Positions 43,881 through 56,960 of a stretch of 64,000 bases of DNA are shown here, one piece after another; positions within the stretch are counted from its first letter, which is position 1, and every line of letters begins with the position of its first letter. The notes beneath the pieces were generated by a model. That model worked only from the letters and a program-made list of their open reading frames with translations, searched no databases and was not told the DNA's origin. Source of the DNA: Eledone cirrhosa (taxonomy: Eukaryota). A program made the translations under genes and the position numbers. The stretch lies in contig OZ024740.1 in assembly GCA_964016885.1 (NCBI GenBank), positions 406,348,001 to 406,412,000 of the forward strand, written 5' to 3'.

Positions 43881-45206
43881 ACAGAAAAAAAAAAATACAA
43901 ATATATGGAAAAACAACTTCTTGTGATACTGTCATAGCATCTCAGAGATGAATGCTGAAGCTGTTTTACAATTGCCTTTTCCATGTAGCTATGAAAACTG
44001 ATTTTTATAGAAATAGGTAATGGTAATTACAATGTTTATGCCTTTCCAAGTGCCATTAAGCAACAAACGAAATAGCTACAACTGGAAATTAAAAACAAGT
44101 CAACTAATATGTAAACTTAACTTATTGGAATTTACCTTCTTATCTACTTTAACATTAGATACCACACACACACACTGAATTAAAAAGAAATCAGAAAAAA
44201 TTTCATTTACATCACAAAATTAAATTAATTAAACTAAAAAAAATTAATAAAATGACTCGAGAACACATTTTTCACTTCAAATTAAAACCATATATATGTT
44301 TAAATTGGTTTATTGCTGCTCTGTACTGTTTTTAAAACTATTTTTAAAAATTTAATTTAGATAATCCATTCTAGGAAATGACCATAAATGCCATTAACAA
44401 TGATTTATTCAGTCCTTTTGCTGTATCATGGTAATGTTCTTTCACAAATTTACTTTAGAAAAATGAGTTATAGCTCTCTTATATCAAAGTAACCAATTAT
44501 ATATTTTGTTCAATTTTTTAACCTACTTATAATCAACAACTATCTCACAGTATTTGTTAATCTAGCAGACATTTCTATCATATCTCCAAGCCAATAAAAA
44601 TATATATATTCTAGTATAGTAGAACTTAACTTTTTCACTCCAAGGATATCCTGGTTATTTAAATTTCCCAGCAAACTCCAAGTTTTTTGAAAGGTCTATC
44701 TACTAAACAAGCTCACTGACACCCTACTATTATAAATGCAGACTCCAAGGGTCTGTGAACCACATATTAGGACCCACTGGACTAGTACTCGGCATAACTA
44801 AGAGCTTTCTCAGAGTAGCTTGAAGAGCCAAGAAACAACCTTATTATTGTGATGAAGTGAATTGAAAAAGCTTTAATGTTTGACAATATAATCAGATCCA
44901 ATAGTTAGAATGTGCAGCCACAAAGTAAGATACCAGTTCAATTTTCAGTTCCACCAGTCAACTTTACTTCAATGTTCAGCTAGAAAAAAGGCCTCACAAG
45001 ATCTAATTTTGTATCATAGAACCAGGAGCGGATTCGGGTAGTTTAATATCAAAAGGGTTAAATTGTTTAGTGAACTTATCTCCAACCCATCCCAAATAAA
45101 TAGAAGCAACAGTTTTATCACAAATTTAACTAATGCAAGTATTTTTAGTTCTGTACTGGAAGTGGGTGAAACTTCTATTAGTTATATGATATGTTTAGTG
45201 GTTTGA

Positions 45207-45420
45207 AAGCATGTGGCTTAATGGTTTGTCCTTGAGCAAGACATTCTATTTCACATTGCTCCAGTGCTTATAATTCAAAGGGCCAGCCTTGTCATACAAT
45301 GTGTGTCATGCTGAATTTCACAGAGAACAACGTTAAAGGTGCAAGTGTCTGTGGAATGCTGAGCCACTTACACAAACAAGCAGTTCCGTTGATTGAATCA
45401 ACAGGAGCACTTGTCAAGAA
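45207..45420 (+). mobile_element. tRNA/CORE SINE (second subfamily), deleted
   Basis: GCATGTGGCTTAATGG...TCCTTGAGCAAGACA...TTCAAAGGGCCAGCCTTGTCA. Confidence 0.72.
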
Positions 45421-45895
45421 TACAAGTTTAACAACATCAGCATGTATAGTGGTTAGCTACGTTTTGCCACGGTACCTATTTACAATAAACTGGACCATTG
45501 AAAGCTAAGTAACTAACAGAGATATGGTACAGCATCAGAGATAAAAAGGAAAATTTACAGCATGTTTTTTAATAACAGATGTTCCAGTGATTAGTCAATT
45601 CCTTTCTGTTCTATCTTTCCTGTATATGACTATTATTTTAAAGTAAATGGCTATAAAAAATATAATTTTTGTCTGTTTCAGAGACTAATATATATATCAC
45701 ACACACACACAGAGAGAGAGAGAGACAGAATAAGAGAGACCAATATATATATATGGAATTTGTTGTCAAAACGGCAAGAGCTCAGCTATCAGGCCTTGAC
45801 TTTACTATATTTACACTCAACTATCCCAAGTATTGAGTACTCTGCTGAATAATGGTCCTACTAGTTTAAAACTGGTATAATCCTGATCTATCTAG

Positions 45896-45945
<50 letters not shown>

Positions 45946-45947
<2 letters not shown>

Positions 45948-47838
45948 TAGCAGAGGTACCCGGCGTTGGTCGGATATTAAATAGTAGTTGTGTATATCAT
46001 TTATGTCAATACTTCAGTGCTGCTTCGAAAACTATACTTTTACAAAATCATCAGCTTTTTCCAAAAGGGGGTTCCTGCCCCCAGGGGTCCCCTACCCAAT
46101 ATGTGCCAATTCTGAGAGTTCACATTCATCTGTAGGACAAACGTAGCCCATGTGTCAAGTTTTGTGAAAATCGGTTGCGAACTCCAGAAGTTATGACGTT
46201 TTGTTGCATTGCACTGCAGTGCTTCAGTCGACTCCAAGGAAGTGGTTAAAGTGGTTAAAGGGGTTATCTGCCGGGGGGGGGGGGGGGGGGGGGGGGCTAT
46301 AATCAATATCTGGAAAAATGACAGTGCCCATGACCATCCGGAGTACATAAGTAACCTATGTCTTATGTTTGGTGAAAATACTGTAGAAATACATAAGGTT
46401 TATACATGCGTGTGTGCGTGCGTGTATTTGTGTGTGCGTATGTATGTGTATGTCCGTCGGGGCATACGTATGTACTGGCCTAAATCTTCACTATTTACTT
46501 TTACTATTTTAATAACCTCTGTCATTTTCGTTTTCAATTTACATCATTCTTAAACTCCGGGGCTGGAAATCATTGTTATTTTAAATAGAATATTAGTCTA
46601 ACGACTCCATTTATACCATAAACTTGGTCTTGCCTTTGCATGAAATTATTCTTCACGCTCCACATAACGACGTATTATCCTCGCTTTTTTCCTGTTCATT
46701 GCCAGGGAACGTCTTCACGAACCAAAATATCGTCTTCCTGTTTTCGTTCGGTTGCAACGTTTCTCGAAATATTTACTTCTGCGTTCACAGATTACTCTCA
46801 GTTCAATTTGAATGGGAAATTCCTGTTTCATTGATTTTCTCTGTAACCATGGAAGCTTGTAGCTTGAAAGTCGACCCAACGCCTCCTCGGGTCATTCTGC
46901 ATAACTGTAAATTTTCGCTGCATTCCACCAAGGCGTTTCGACGTTTATCCGACTACACCTACAACGTCCGACCACTTCCAATTTATATAGATTTGTTTAT
47001 ATATGAATGACAAAATGAAAAGTACAAAACTATACATGAATTGTTTCTACTAAACCTTCAATTTAAGACACAACCTACATATTTGATAGGACTCCAGCTC
47101 ACACCTTCTTTTGCTCCCCCTGGAACATTGGGCTGTGAGCCACCCCCACACAACGCCATGTTCTGAGTCCACCGTGATGCACGGTGCGTCATGGTGTAGC
47201 TAACCATTTTTTTAGGACTTACTACGGCTGATTTCTTCCAGAGAGAAAGAAAGAGATGGAAAAAGGCAGAGAAGATTCATCCCCGGAGGAATAATAAAAA
47301 ATGTTTACACTGCACATTTCATTTTTTCAAAGCTAAAGCTGCCGATCCAAAATCATTATATATAATCCCGCCGAGGTTGACTTTGCCTTTCATCCTTACG
47401 GGGTCGATAAAATAAAGTACCAGTAATGCACTGGGTAATTGCTGGCCTTGTGCCTAAAGTAGAAACAATTATATATATATATATATATATATAGTGACGA
47501 AACAAGTCAATTGCATGAACTCATAATCCTTTATTTACTGGTTTATTTGTATGAAATTGTAAATAAGACAATGAATATTGAAAGTGACTACAGAAAATAA
47601 CTCATCCAAGTATTAGAATAGGGGGAAGTAACTCACCGAACACGATAGTAAATAGACCGTTTTGGGGCCCCAGGGACCACAATTTTCAAGTTAGAGATTT
47701 GAAATCTCGTCTATTTGCTTCCCTGGCACTTTTTACATAGGTGTGTAAATTTTCATGTCCGTCCGACCACGTCTACTACCATTTAACTGTGCACAACTGA
47801 ATTTCAACCACCACCCATTTCACAAATATATATTAGAT
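45946..47838 (+). mobile_element. Helitron/Helentron-type non-autonomous element (~1.9 kb) in a (TA)n site
   Basis: TACTAGCAGAGGTACCCGGCGTTGGTCGG start, AAGTTTTGTGAAAATCGG and AAATTTTCATG motifs, ATATATATTAGAT end. CpG-rich interior with a nested SINE at 47365-47472. Confidence 0.65.
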
Positions 47839-50244
47839 ATATATATATAAACCCGTAGAGCAAATATTTATTATTACTACAGAATAAAGTTTAAGCAAAG
47901 AATTTCTGCTTTCACCCTATAATAGATCTTGAGAGAGCGAGAGAGAGAGAGAGAGAGTAATCAAATAAGATAAAGTACACTGAGCAAAGTGGTTAGCATT
48001 AAGAAGGGCCTATAGCTATAGAAACCATGCCTATCTGTGGAACATATGATCAAGATATGGTTTTCAAAATTATCTAGTTTCAAACAAACCCTCCAACTCA
48101 TGCCAGCATGGAAAGCAGATAGACTGTGATGATGATGATGATGATGATAGTGATAGTGATAAAGCTGAAACTCTATCCTCTGGTTTCCTTCTTTACTTCA
48201 AAAGTAGAATATGAGTTTAAAGAAATTAGGGATGTCATCATGTCTGATACAACTAAAGAGTCTTCTCTAACCTTCATTTAGCAAGTTTTCTATGGCTGGA
48301 TGCCCTTCCTGTTATCAGTTATTAAGAGGTTTTGAAAAAAGGTTTACATGCCACACTTTGTTGAACACTTTACTAGAACCAGACACAATAGCCATTGTTT
48401 TACAGTGGTTTTTATTTGTATTATACAGGAGAACAAATCAGTGTATCTACTATATTTGAACCATTACTTATAACCAATAAGAGAAAGGTATAACTGTCTC
48501 ATTCAGAACAGAGCTATCTATCTTGACAGGAAAACAATAAACATTTGCATGCTTACACAATTCTGGACAGGTGTTCATCCATATATAAATGTTACATCCA
48601 TATTTCCATGTTTGCATATATGGAGTTAAGTTTTATAAATTGAACTTTTGCTATTTATAATATTGGCAACATTTTTATTGGATGGATGTCCTTCCTATTA
48701 CCAATCAATCCCTTTACAGCATAAGCTGGGTGCATTTCATCATACCACCAGTAACACACACACAAGTAGATGTATATAAAACCACAACTACAACAAAGAA
48801 GAAACAAATAGGGCAGAGGAGAATTTTGTGTAAACATTTGAATGTGTATAATATTTTTTTTCATTTGTTCTTTTGGAAATGTTATTGCTCATTTTGATTA
48901 AGGTAGTGAAGGCTGTTATTATAAAAGAACATTATTAATTCATACAATTATCACCTTGTGCTGAAAATTGTAAATGAGTGAGTTGAGTGACTAACATTCT
49001 CTGAAAACAAAACTTTCTCCATCTTTCAAAACAAGTGGGTCTCTTAGCCAATGATGAAATGATAGTTACATGACAAAACACTATAACTTCAACATTCTTT
49101 CAGCTAGGGCATATGAAAACATTCATACCCATCTTTAGAAGAATAAAAAAACGTACTATCCATAACAAAAACAAAAACAAAAACAAAAACAAAAACAAAA
49201 AAAAAAAACAGGAAAATATCTTATCTCTTTCATAACATTAATATTATTTTAATTAATGGAATTACCTTATACATCATGTAAACATTTTTTTCTCTTTCGT
49301 TAAATCTATTAATTTAAAATTTAGCCATTACTTGTAATGATGCAAAATTAAGTTCAATCAATTTGTTCTGCATTATTTCTCATGAAAGCATGATAATAAG
49401 GAAGTTATTAAACCAATTAAAACCATCCCTATAAACAAAACCAACTAATTACAGGTCCTATTTCATCCACTGACATAACTTATGCTATCAAACTTTCTAA
49501 AGAATGTTACAAGGTTTGCCCTTCTTTGAAACACTTATTTTCTTCTATAATTTATAGTATGAAAGCCACCTATTTTATTAACTGGCTCTTTTCATGTGAG
49601 GTTTTTCCTGTAAAATGATTCACACTTTTTCTCCTCTTTATATATCCCAGCTGTTTGTATTACAAATTTCTGTTAATGTTTGAGTAAAGAAAAATATATA
49701 TCTGCTCTAACCTCAACTCATAAGCATTAGAATTTTCCAAAATATAATAGAATTATCAATATATTAGATACCTTTCCATCAATACATGCATCAGCAGAAA
49801 AAAGTTATTTTTATAGTTGCCAATGTAAAGATGAGTTATATTACAGTATTTTTATGGCCTAGTCAGAGAAAGAGGGGCAGTGTCCACAGCCTTCTCATAT
49901 GACCTTTACTGCTAGTTCAAGAAACAGAAGAAACTGGTCACATGGGTTGGTAACTTGCAATACAGTGAACTTCATTAAAGAAATGAAACAGCCCTTTGGC
50001 AGTATTAAACCAGGCAATGGATTAAGTGTAACACTCAAAAATAAGTAATATCAGACAGAGTTCTACAGTTTCTGTTCACCTGATTTTACTCACAAGGCTT
50101 CATTCAACTCAACTAGGGTGCAAAGAATTTAGATCAAATACAAAACCACATAATTGCAAAAAGAACTTAACCAGTTGACTTGAAGTTCAGATCCTGCTAG
50201 ACTTTGTTTTACATACTTTAGTAGCAGTACGATATCAGAACCAG

Positions 50245-50480
50245 ATGGCAGCAAGCTGGCAGAGTCATTATAATGTCAAATAGAATGCTTTGTAATATTT
50301 GTTCTGCCTCTCTATAAATCCCATCAAGATCAAATTTGGGGTCAATTCTTCCTCTCTACCACTCTCTCTTTCTCTGGAAAAAAATAGCTATGTTCAGATC
50401 TGGAAAGGAGATGAACTCTGCCAGGCTTAAAATGCCTAAGACATGTCATTTGTCACTACAGCACCCTTATGACTCCAAGA
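50245..50480 (+). mobile_element. SINE variant (as at 41555), diverged
   Basis: GGCAGCAAGCTGGCAGAGTC...TAGAATGCTT...TTCAGATCTGG...GCCAGGCTTAAAATGCC. Confidence 0.68.
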
Positions 50481-50546
50481 GTTACAGGTCAATACATATA
50501 TACATCAGAACTGAACCAGTTAGTATAATAAATTAATATTTCAGAA

Positions 50547-50956
50547 ATCAACTAGAAATTGATTGACATATATATATATTTAAAATAAACACAAGAAACA
50601 ATCACAGGGGATAATTTGTAAAGTGTGTAATCACACATAGCAAGGTAGGTAACTAATTAACGTTTAACTAGAGCTTCAAATATTACCTTTTAATTTTTAA
50701 AAGGTAATATTTGAAGCTCTAGTTAAACTTTAATTAGTTACCTACCTAGCTATGTGTGATTACACACTTTACAAATTATCCCCTGTGATTGCTTCATGTG
50801 TTTATTTTAAATATATATATATGTCAATCAATTTCTAGTTGATATAGAATACTCGGATCTATTCATTGGAATCTTTGAGCTTATTCTACGGTGGATATGG
50901 CGCATGTCTCGGACATGACTCCCTTAATTTAATTTAATTAAATTAATTTTGGATAT
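50547..50956 (+). mobile_element. Fold-back insertion: 147-bp palindrome arms plus ~110-bp extension, with TSD (PLE-like)
   Basis: 50547-50693 is the reverse complement of 50697-50843 (about four mismatches). 15-bp direct repeat ATATTTCAGAAATCA at 50536-50550 and 50957-50971. Confidence 0.85.
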
Positions 50957-52008
50957 ATATTTCAGAAATCAGTGATTTCTCACTGGAGAGAAAAAAAACT
51001 TTTACCAAAGAGTAGCATTGATATTTAAGAAATTAATCTGTACTTGAAGGGAGTGAGCAATTTAGATAAGAGAGATAGTCAACAACTATAGCTGCCCTTG
51101 AGATGATTAAACTATCATCAATAGAGAACATTCTAAGCTTTCTAGTGGCTGATCCACTTTAATACTGATAATGCAATTTTCATGTGGTTGATACACTTTT
51201 TGAAAACAAAACTAATTTTTGTTAGCAACACAAAATTGACAAAATTGATAAATAAATAATTAATAATAAATAAACAAATAAATATAATTTCTTATGTCAC
51301 CAGTTGTGTGTCTAATTGGATTTAAAATATATGTCACAGTCAAATAGATATTCATAAACCTTATGTGATTTGATCTAATTTTATAACACACCTAGAGATT
51401 ATTGGCAACACAATAAACTATAGGTAAGAATCTCCCTGTCTTACAAACAAGGCATATGGCTGTCATACACAAATATCGAGGGGGAGGGGTCAATTTAATT
51501 GAGAAAATGCTAGTCTTGTACATAAATTAGAAGCCATTCAGTGATCACGTAAACTTTTCTATCTTTACCTTACATTTGTAAATTCAATATGAAACCACTT
51601 CTACTGTGATTAAAAAGAAATGTCTAAAAGTAATACAATCACAGTTCTCCTGATTATTATGAGATAACACACTGAGGGCAATGGTGGGCAGAAATAGTAA
51701 AATATATGGATTTAGTTTTTATTCCTCTATTTTGTGGATAAAATATGTATTGGTAATATACTGAATTCAATTTGTTTAATTAAATATTTCTCCTGAACAA
51801 TAATTGACCTTGTACATCAAAATTGAATTCATTTTAAGAGCAACCTTCAGACTATGAGTTTCAACCTGGAAAGTTCCTCACCAAGGCACGAGCTTAAGCA
51901 AATTGTTTAATGGAAGACCAGCAGTCTTTTACTAAACTATTTATTATTTTACTAAACTATTTATTGGTTTGCACTACTTGCATAACTTGTATATGTTGCT
52001 TAAGACCT

Positions 52009-52521
52009 TTAACCCTTTCGATACCCACTTGCCCGAATCCACCTCTGGCTTTGTGAAAAAAACAGTGCACTTTAAAGTGCTCATATCTAAATTAACCCTT
52101 TAGCATTTAAATCGGCCATATGCGGCCAGAATTTTCTCACCTCTTTCTGTTCAAGCCAGCCAGAACTAGCCACTCATACTGATGTTAAGGTATTTTTCTA
52201 AAAGTAAATAATATCAAAATCTTATAGATTCGATATTATGTTAGATAATTATGTGGTGTAAAGCTTTTACCATGAAAATACAATAGTATATAAAGAGTAA
52301 TGTAAATGCTAAAGAGTTAAAACATACCATCATACTTTTATGTGAGAACTTTGTCATGCACTTAATACAAGTTTAATGATACAGATATTTTCTAAGTTAT
52401 TTTCTAAGTTATTTTCTAAGTTATTTTCTAAGTTATTTTCTAAGTTATTTTCTAAGTTCTTGATAATTTTCAAAATTAATTGAAACAAATTTTATGTGAA
52501 ATATGGTAATGAACAGGTTAA
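52009..52521 (+). mobile_element. MITE family B containing nested MITE A (52092-52320) and a 12-bp x6 tandem repeat
   Basis: Compared with the empty copy at 53828, A sits at CTAAA-TTAA with TTAA duplicated. (TATTTTCTAAGT)6 at 52386-52457. Confidence 0.88.
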
Positions 52522-53519
52522 ATTTCAGGTTTGTTTTTAGGGCTCAGTATTTAACTCTGTTTAATACATAAGAGACAAATATCTCCCTGAATAAGATGTC
52601 AATCTAATACAATAATATTGATAAAGTGAATATTCCCATGATCTGGTACCTAATCCTAATGGCTTGAAGAATCAGGGGTGTGTAGGATTATGTATATTGT
52701 CTGAATACAAAATGAAATGGCAGTGAATTTTAATTCAAGATGTTATGAGCTGATAATCAAATTGGGCTAGCTCCCCCACCAGTTAGTTCCCTCTCTGCCC
52801 ACAATTTTCTAGCAGACATTGACCTACAGATATTCAGGATGGGCACCAGTTCTATTAATCTCACCATTCTGTGAGGGTTTGCAAAGTTCATGGGTACTGC
52901 CTCTCCTTGTCTAAATAACTCAATGAAAAGAAAAATATATACACATCATTTTACTGCTTAGACAAGACTGTATGTATCAACAAGTGGCTGGTGAACTTAT
53001 GAGTTCCCATCCTACCAAACCTTTTACATAGCCCAAGACTGGTAAAAATAACAACTGTAACCTGACTGGTAATGATATCTAAAATAAAATATAAGTTTGA
53101 AATATGTAAAAGTTTAACATGACTACATCATTAGAATCTTCACTCATTTACAGCCAATAGAATTAATTTGTCACTTTAGAATAAGGATTTGAAATAAATA
53201 GAAAAAAAAAGAAAGAATAAACAAAGATAGAAAGCCTATACAGAGAAAAGGGAAGAGGAGAGAGAAAAGTAAAGATTCCTTAGACATGATACATTAATAA
53301 AATTACATCTTAAAATGCATGACATCTGACAAAAAAGATCTCCCTAGAAGAAAACCATCTGGCAGTAACAAAATAAAAAAAAAATTAAAATAAAGCCTTA
53401 AATAAATGTATTACTAAAGTGACTATCTCAATATTTATAAATATCCAAGTCAAATTCTCATCTACTACTTCAACCAAAAAAAAAAAAAAGGAAAGAATAA
53501 AGCTTTAATTATGAGGGGA

Positions 53520-53558
<39 letters not shown>

Positions 53559-53827
53559 AGAAAAAACTATTCCTTTTACTTCATATTTTTTGTTATATAA
53601 ATAGATTTATAAATGAAGTATTCTTCTGTTACATGCTGAGAAAACATACGTTATTAATCTAAAAGGTTACTATTTTCTCATTTCACTAGAAACATGTTTT
53701 TTGGTTCCGTATAAGTTTTTGAAGTACATAATATTTTAAAGGGAGTCAGGAGTATACCGCATAATTCATTCATCAATGCAAACAAGTAAATTACTTTCAG
53801 ACATAGAAATTCTAGAAATATGAGAAG

Positions 53828-54076
53828 TTAACCCTTTCAATACCAACCCACCTGAAACTGCCAGTGGTTCTGTGATAAAACAGTCTATTTTAAAGTGTTC
53901 ATATCTAAATTAAATCCTTCCATCATAATTTTATGTAAGAACTTTGTTGTCATCTCCCTAACAATGTCTTAACGAGGAAAATATTTTACTAAAATCGTCA
54001 AAATTCTTGATTATTTTCAAAATTAATTGAAACACATGCAATGTATTTTATAAGAAATATGATCATGAAAGGTTAA
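53828..54076 (+). mobile_element. piggyBac-like MITE family B, uninterrupted
   Basis: TTAACCCTTTCAATACC...CATGAAAGGTTAA. Confidence 0.82.
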
Positions 54077-54232
54077 AGGAAACATTTAATTTCACCCATT
54101 CCATACCATCGACAACAACATTCTAGTAATTAATTGAACTTTATTTTCATGTCTGCCGCTTCATTACAGACAAGAATTGTTTTTAATATAATTAGCATCC
54201 ATTTGTATTTCTTTCCATTATTATTATCAAAA

Positions 54233-54450
54233 GGGCGGTGGATTGGCAGTGTTAGTAGAGTGTAGGACACCATGCTTTGCAAGCATAGAATTACGGCCCT
54301 TTACTATCTGAGTTCAAATCCCGCCGAGGTTAACTTTGCCTTTTATCCTTACGGGGTTGATAAAATAAAGCACCAGTAATGCAATAGAGTCAATTTAATC
54401 GACTTTCCCCTCCCCTTCAAATTACTGGCTTTGTCCCTAAAGTAGAAACA
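54233..54450 (+). mobile_element. tRNA-derived SINE (13.4 kb family)
   Basis: Full head and body, ATTATTATTATCA TSD. Confidence 0.88.
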
Positions 54451-54589
54451 ATTATTATTATCAGAATTGATAAATAATCAAACAGTCTTTCTCAGAGACA
54501 CAGGTCACATTCCTCCCCTTACAATCCCAGGTTTTCTCAATTCCTTCCCATTTTGAATTGCCATCTAGTAATTTTTCATCTGAGCACCA

Positions 54590-54831
54590 TATTAACACAA
54601 GCAAGCTTTTCAAATCTCAATAAGAAACATCTCGACACCTTGTTATCCAGGATCCCGGATGAGCCCACAGCAAGACACGAGGGAAACCTAAGGGCAGCAG
54701 CAACGGGCTCCCTCCTACACCAGTGGCCAATCTATACAGGCTGGAGATAAAATGTGTAGCAACAAGGGCGGTGCCCCAGCATGGCCTCAGCCGGATGGCT
54801 GAAACAGGTAAAAGAGTAAAAGAGTAAAAGA
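54590..54831 (+). mobile_element. CR1-group LINE 3' end
   Basis: KKHLDTLLSRIPDEPT...RAAATGSLLHQ C-terminus, 3' stem-loop CAGCC-GGAT-GGCTG, (GTAAAAGA)n tail. Confidence 0.78.
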
Positions 54832-55221
54832 GTTGTATAGTTCCAAATGGGATGGGATGGGATGGGATGGGATGGGATGGGATGTGAGTGAGTGAGTGAG
54901 TGAGTGAGTGAGTGAGTGAGTGTGATATTCACTATTCATTATTGTTGGAGTAGTGGAGCTGTTGAGAAGGGACAGCCGGAAGTTGGGGGACACTTTACTG
55001 TAGGGACAAGTGAGGTCACATGCGGGTTCAGGGCCTATCGACTGGCTCTTTTCCCTCAGGCCGTGGTTGTGTGTGGTAGTGTTGTAAGGATGTGAACGAG
55101 AGAGGTTCTGTTATCTTCAGTTGGATGTTGATGCAGTGGACAGTGGATGACTCAGTCCAGAGTAAATTGGAGACGCAAGGTAGGTTCAAACACTTTCAAA
55201 CTACAGGAGTATTAACAGTGA

Positions 55222-55386
55222 AGGCGCATGGCTTAGTGGTTAGAGCATTGGGCTTGCAATCGAAAGGTTGAGTTCAATTCTCAGACCGGGTGATGTGTTG
55301 TTTCCTTGAGCAAGACACTTTATTTCACGTTGCTCCAGTTTACTCAGCTGTAGAAATGAGATGATAGGACTGGGGTCCATATCATT
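55222..55386 (+). mobile_element. tRNA/CORE SINE 5' half
   Basis: A box TGGCTTAGTGG, B box GAGTTCAATTC, CORE-like CCTTGAGCAAGACACTT...CTCAGCTGTAGAAATGAG. Confidence 0.88.
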
Positions 55387-55561
55387 AAATCACCCAAGAC
55401 ACCAACGAGATATACCTTGGAGGAGGCCAGCTAAACTTGCATAGGTGTGAGCTGTCACACACACACAGTATTATCATCATTTAATGTCCGTTTTCCTTGT
55501 TAGCAAGGGTTGGACAGGTATATTGGTATTTCATTTGATATATATAGGCACATGGCACAGG

Positions 55562-55894
55562 AGGCACATGGCTTAGTGGTTAGAGCATTGGCCTTGCAAT
55601 CGAAAGGTTGCGAGTTCAATTTTCATACCGGGTGATGTGTTGTTTCCTTGAGCAAGACACTTTATTTCACATTGCTCCAGTTTACTCAGCTGTAGAAATG
55701 AGATGATAGGGACTGGGGTCCATATCATTCCACTGCAAAGTGGTCGTGGAGGTGCCACGGCGAAAAAGCACCCAGCACTCACTGTAAATGAGGTTGGTGT
55801 TAGAAAGGGCATCCAGCTGTAGAAATCAAGCCAGAATCAGTTCCCGTCCCACCCTTGCAAGCAGGGAAAAGCGGACGTATGATGATGATGATGA
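55562..55894 (+). mobile_element. Full-length tRNA/CORE SINE with RTE-derived tail
   Basis: Head, CORE, GGTTGGTGTTAG module and tail matching the RTE end at 36962-37025. Near-identical to the 59868 and 61642 copies. Confidence 0.93.
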
Positions 55895-56214
55895 TATATA
55901 CAATATTCACTATAGTTTGGTATATTGGTAGTTCATCATTTAACATTTGCTTTCTCCCTACTAGCAAGGGTTGGACAGATTTTCACAAACCGGGTCAGTA
56001 CTGAAGCAAGCCTACTAACCTCCCAGGTTTTTTATCTTGTTTACATACGGTCCCACATTCTTCAAATGGTATCTTATGGTATGAACACTAGGGAGGCTGC
56101 CATTTGATATATATATATATATTTCTTTTTGAGTCATCCTTCCATCGAAGGTAAAGCATTCATATTTAACTTTTTATAATGGTTAGAATATATGCGGCTC
56201 ACCACACCTGCATA

Positions 56215-56340
56215 CTCAAATTTCTCTGCTAACCGGAGTAATTGTGCCAACCCATGGGTGGGGTTGCCTGTTTAGTTGCTGCCGACCATATGACAGGTTG
56301 TACTGGGTTACATGTTACCAGTAGCACTTAAGAGTGACCT
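56215..56340 (-). mobile_element. Second copy of the 8.3-8.6 kb 5' UTR-like element
   Basis: Direct homology to 8485-8575. Confidence 0.6.
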
Positions 56341-56404
56341 ACACACACACACTAGAGTTGGGTGTATGCATATGTGTGTGTGTATATATGTGTGTATATA
56401 TATG

Positions 56405-56960
56405 TTTTATGGTGAACTCAAGCTGGGCTAAAGGTGGAGATACAGAATACAGTAAGCCAAGGAGGAGATACAGAATACAGAGAATCTTTAAAAGTGAACT
56501 TAAAATACCTTAACATATCCTCCAAAAATTTTGAATTATGTGCAGCAGATAGAGTGGGCTGAAGAAATGCCATTTGCAATGAAGTTAAAGCATTTGAAAT
56601 GGAGAGAGTAAAACTGAAAAGAAAAGTGCAGAAGAATTGGACCAACAGTAATAATTGTTTCTACTTTTGGCACAAGGCCAGCAATTATCCCAGTGTATTA
56701 CTGGTACTTTATTTTATCGACCCCGTAAGGATGAAAGGCAAAGTTAACCTAGGCGGGATTTGAACTCGGTCCGTAAAGGGACGTAACTGTGCTGCAAAGC
56801 ATGGCGTCCGACCCTCTACCGATACTGCCAATCCACCGCCCTCAGTAATAATGAATCTTATGCAACATTGGTCTTCAAATGCCCTGTGTGCCCTAAGATG
56901 TTCCTTTTGAACGCTGGCTTGCAGTTGCACCAACGATCATATGATGGTATGATCCAAGAA
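56405..56960 (+). mobile_element. BovB/RTE-1-type LINE 3' end with C-terminal C2H2 finger, split by a SINE
   Basis: FYGELKLG...YRESLKVNLKYLNISSKNFELCAADRVG*RNAICNEVKAFEMER, then after the SINE FKCPVCPKMFLLNAGLQLHQRS(Y). Confidence 0.8.
56656..56842 (-). mobile_element. tRNA-derived SINE (13.4 kb family), young
   Basis: TSD CAGTAATAAT at 56646-56655 and 56843-56852. Confidence 0.92.

Noticed and set aside
55222-55290. tRNA genes at A-box/B-box motifs
   Set aside because: No cloverleaf, and each continues into a CORE or other SINE body.
55573-55812. Recurrent 79-aa ORF MPFLTPTSFTVSAG... as a gene family
   Set aside because: Antisense reading of near-identical SINE copies.
56870-56945. C2H2 zinc finger as a host zinc-finger gene exon
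   Set aside because: Single finger directly following the RTE C-terminus, with the last His replaced. Best explained as part of the LINE.
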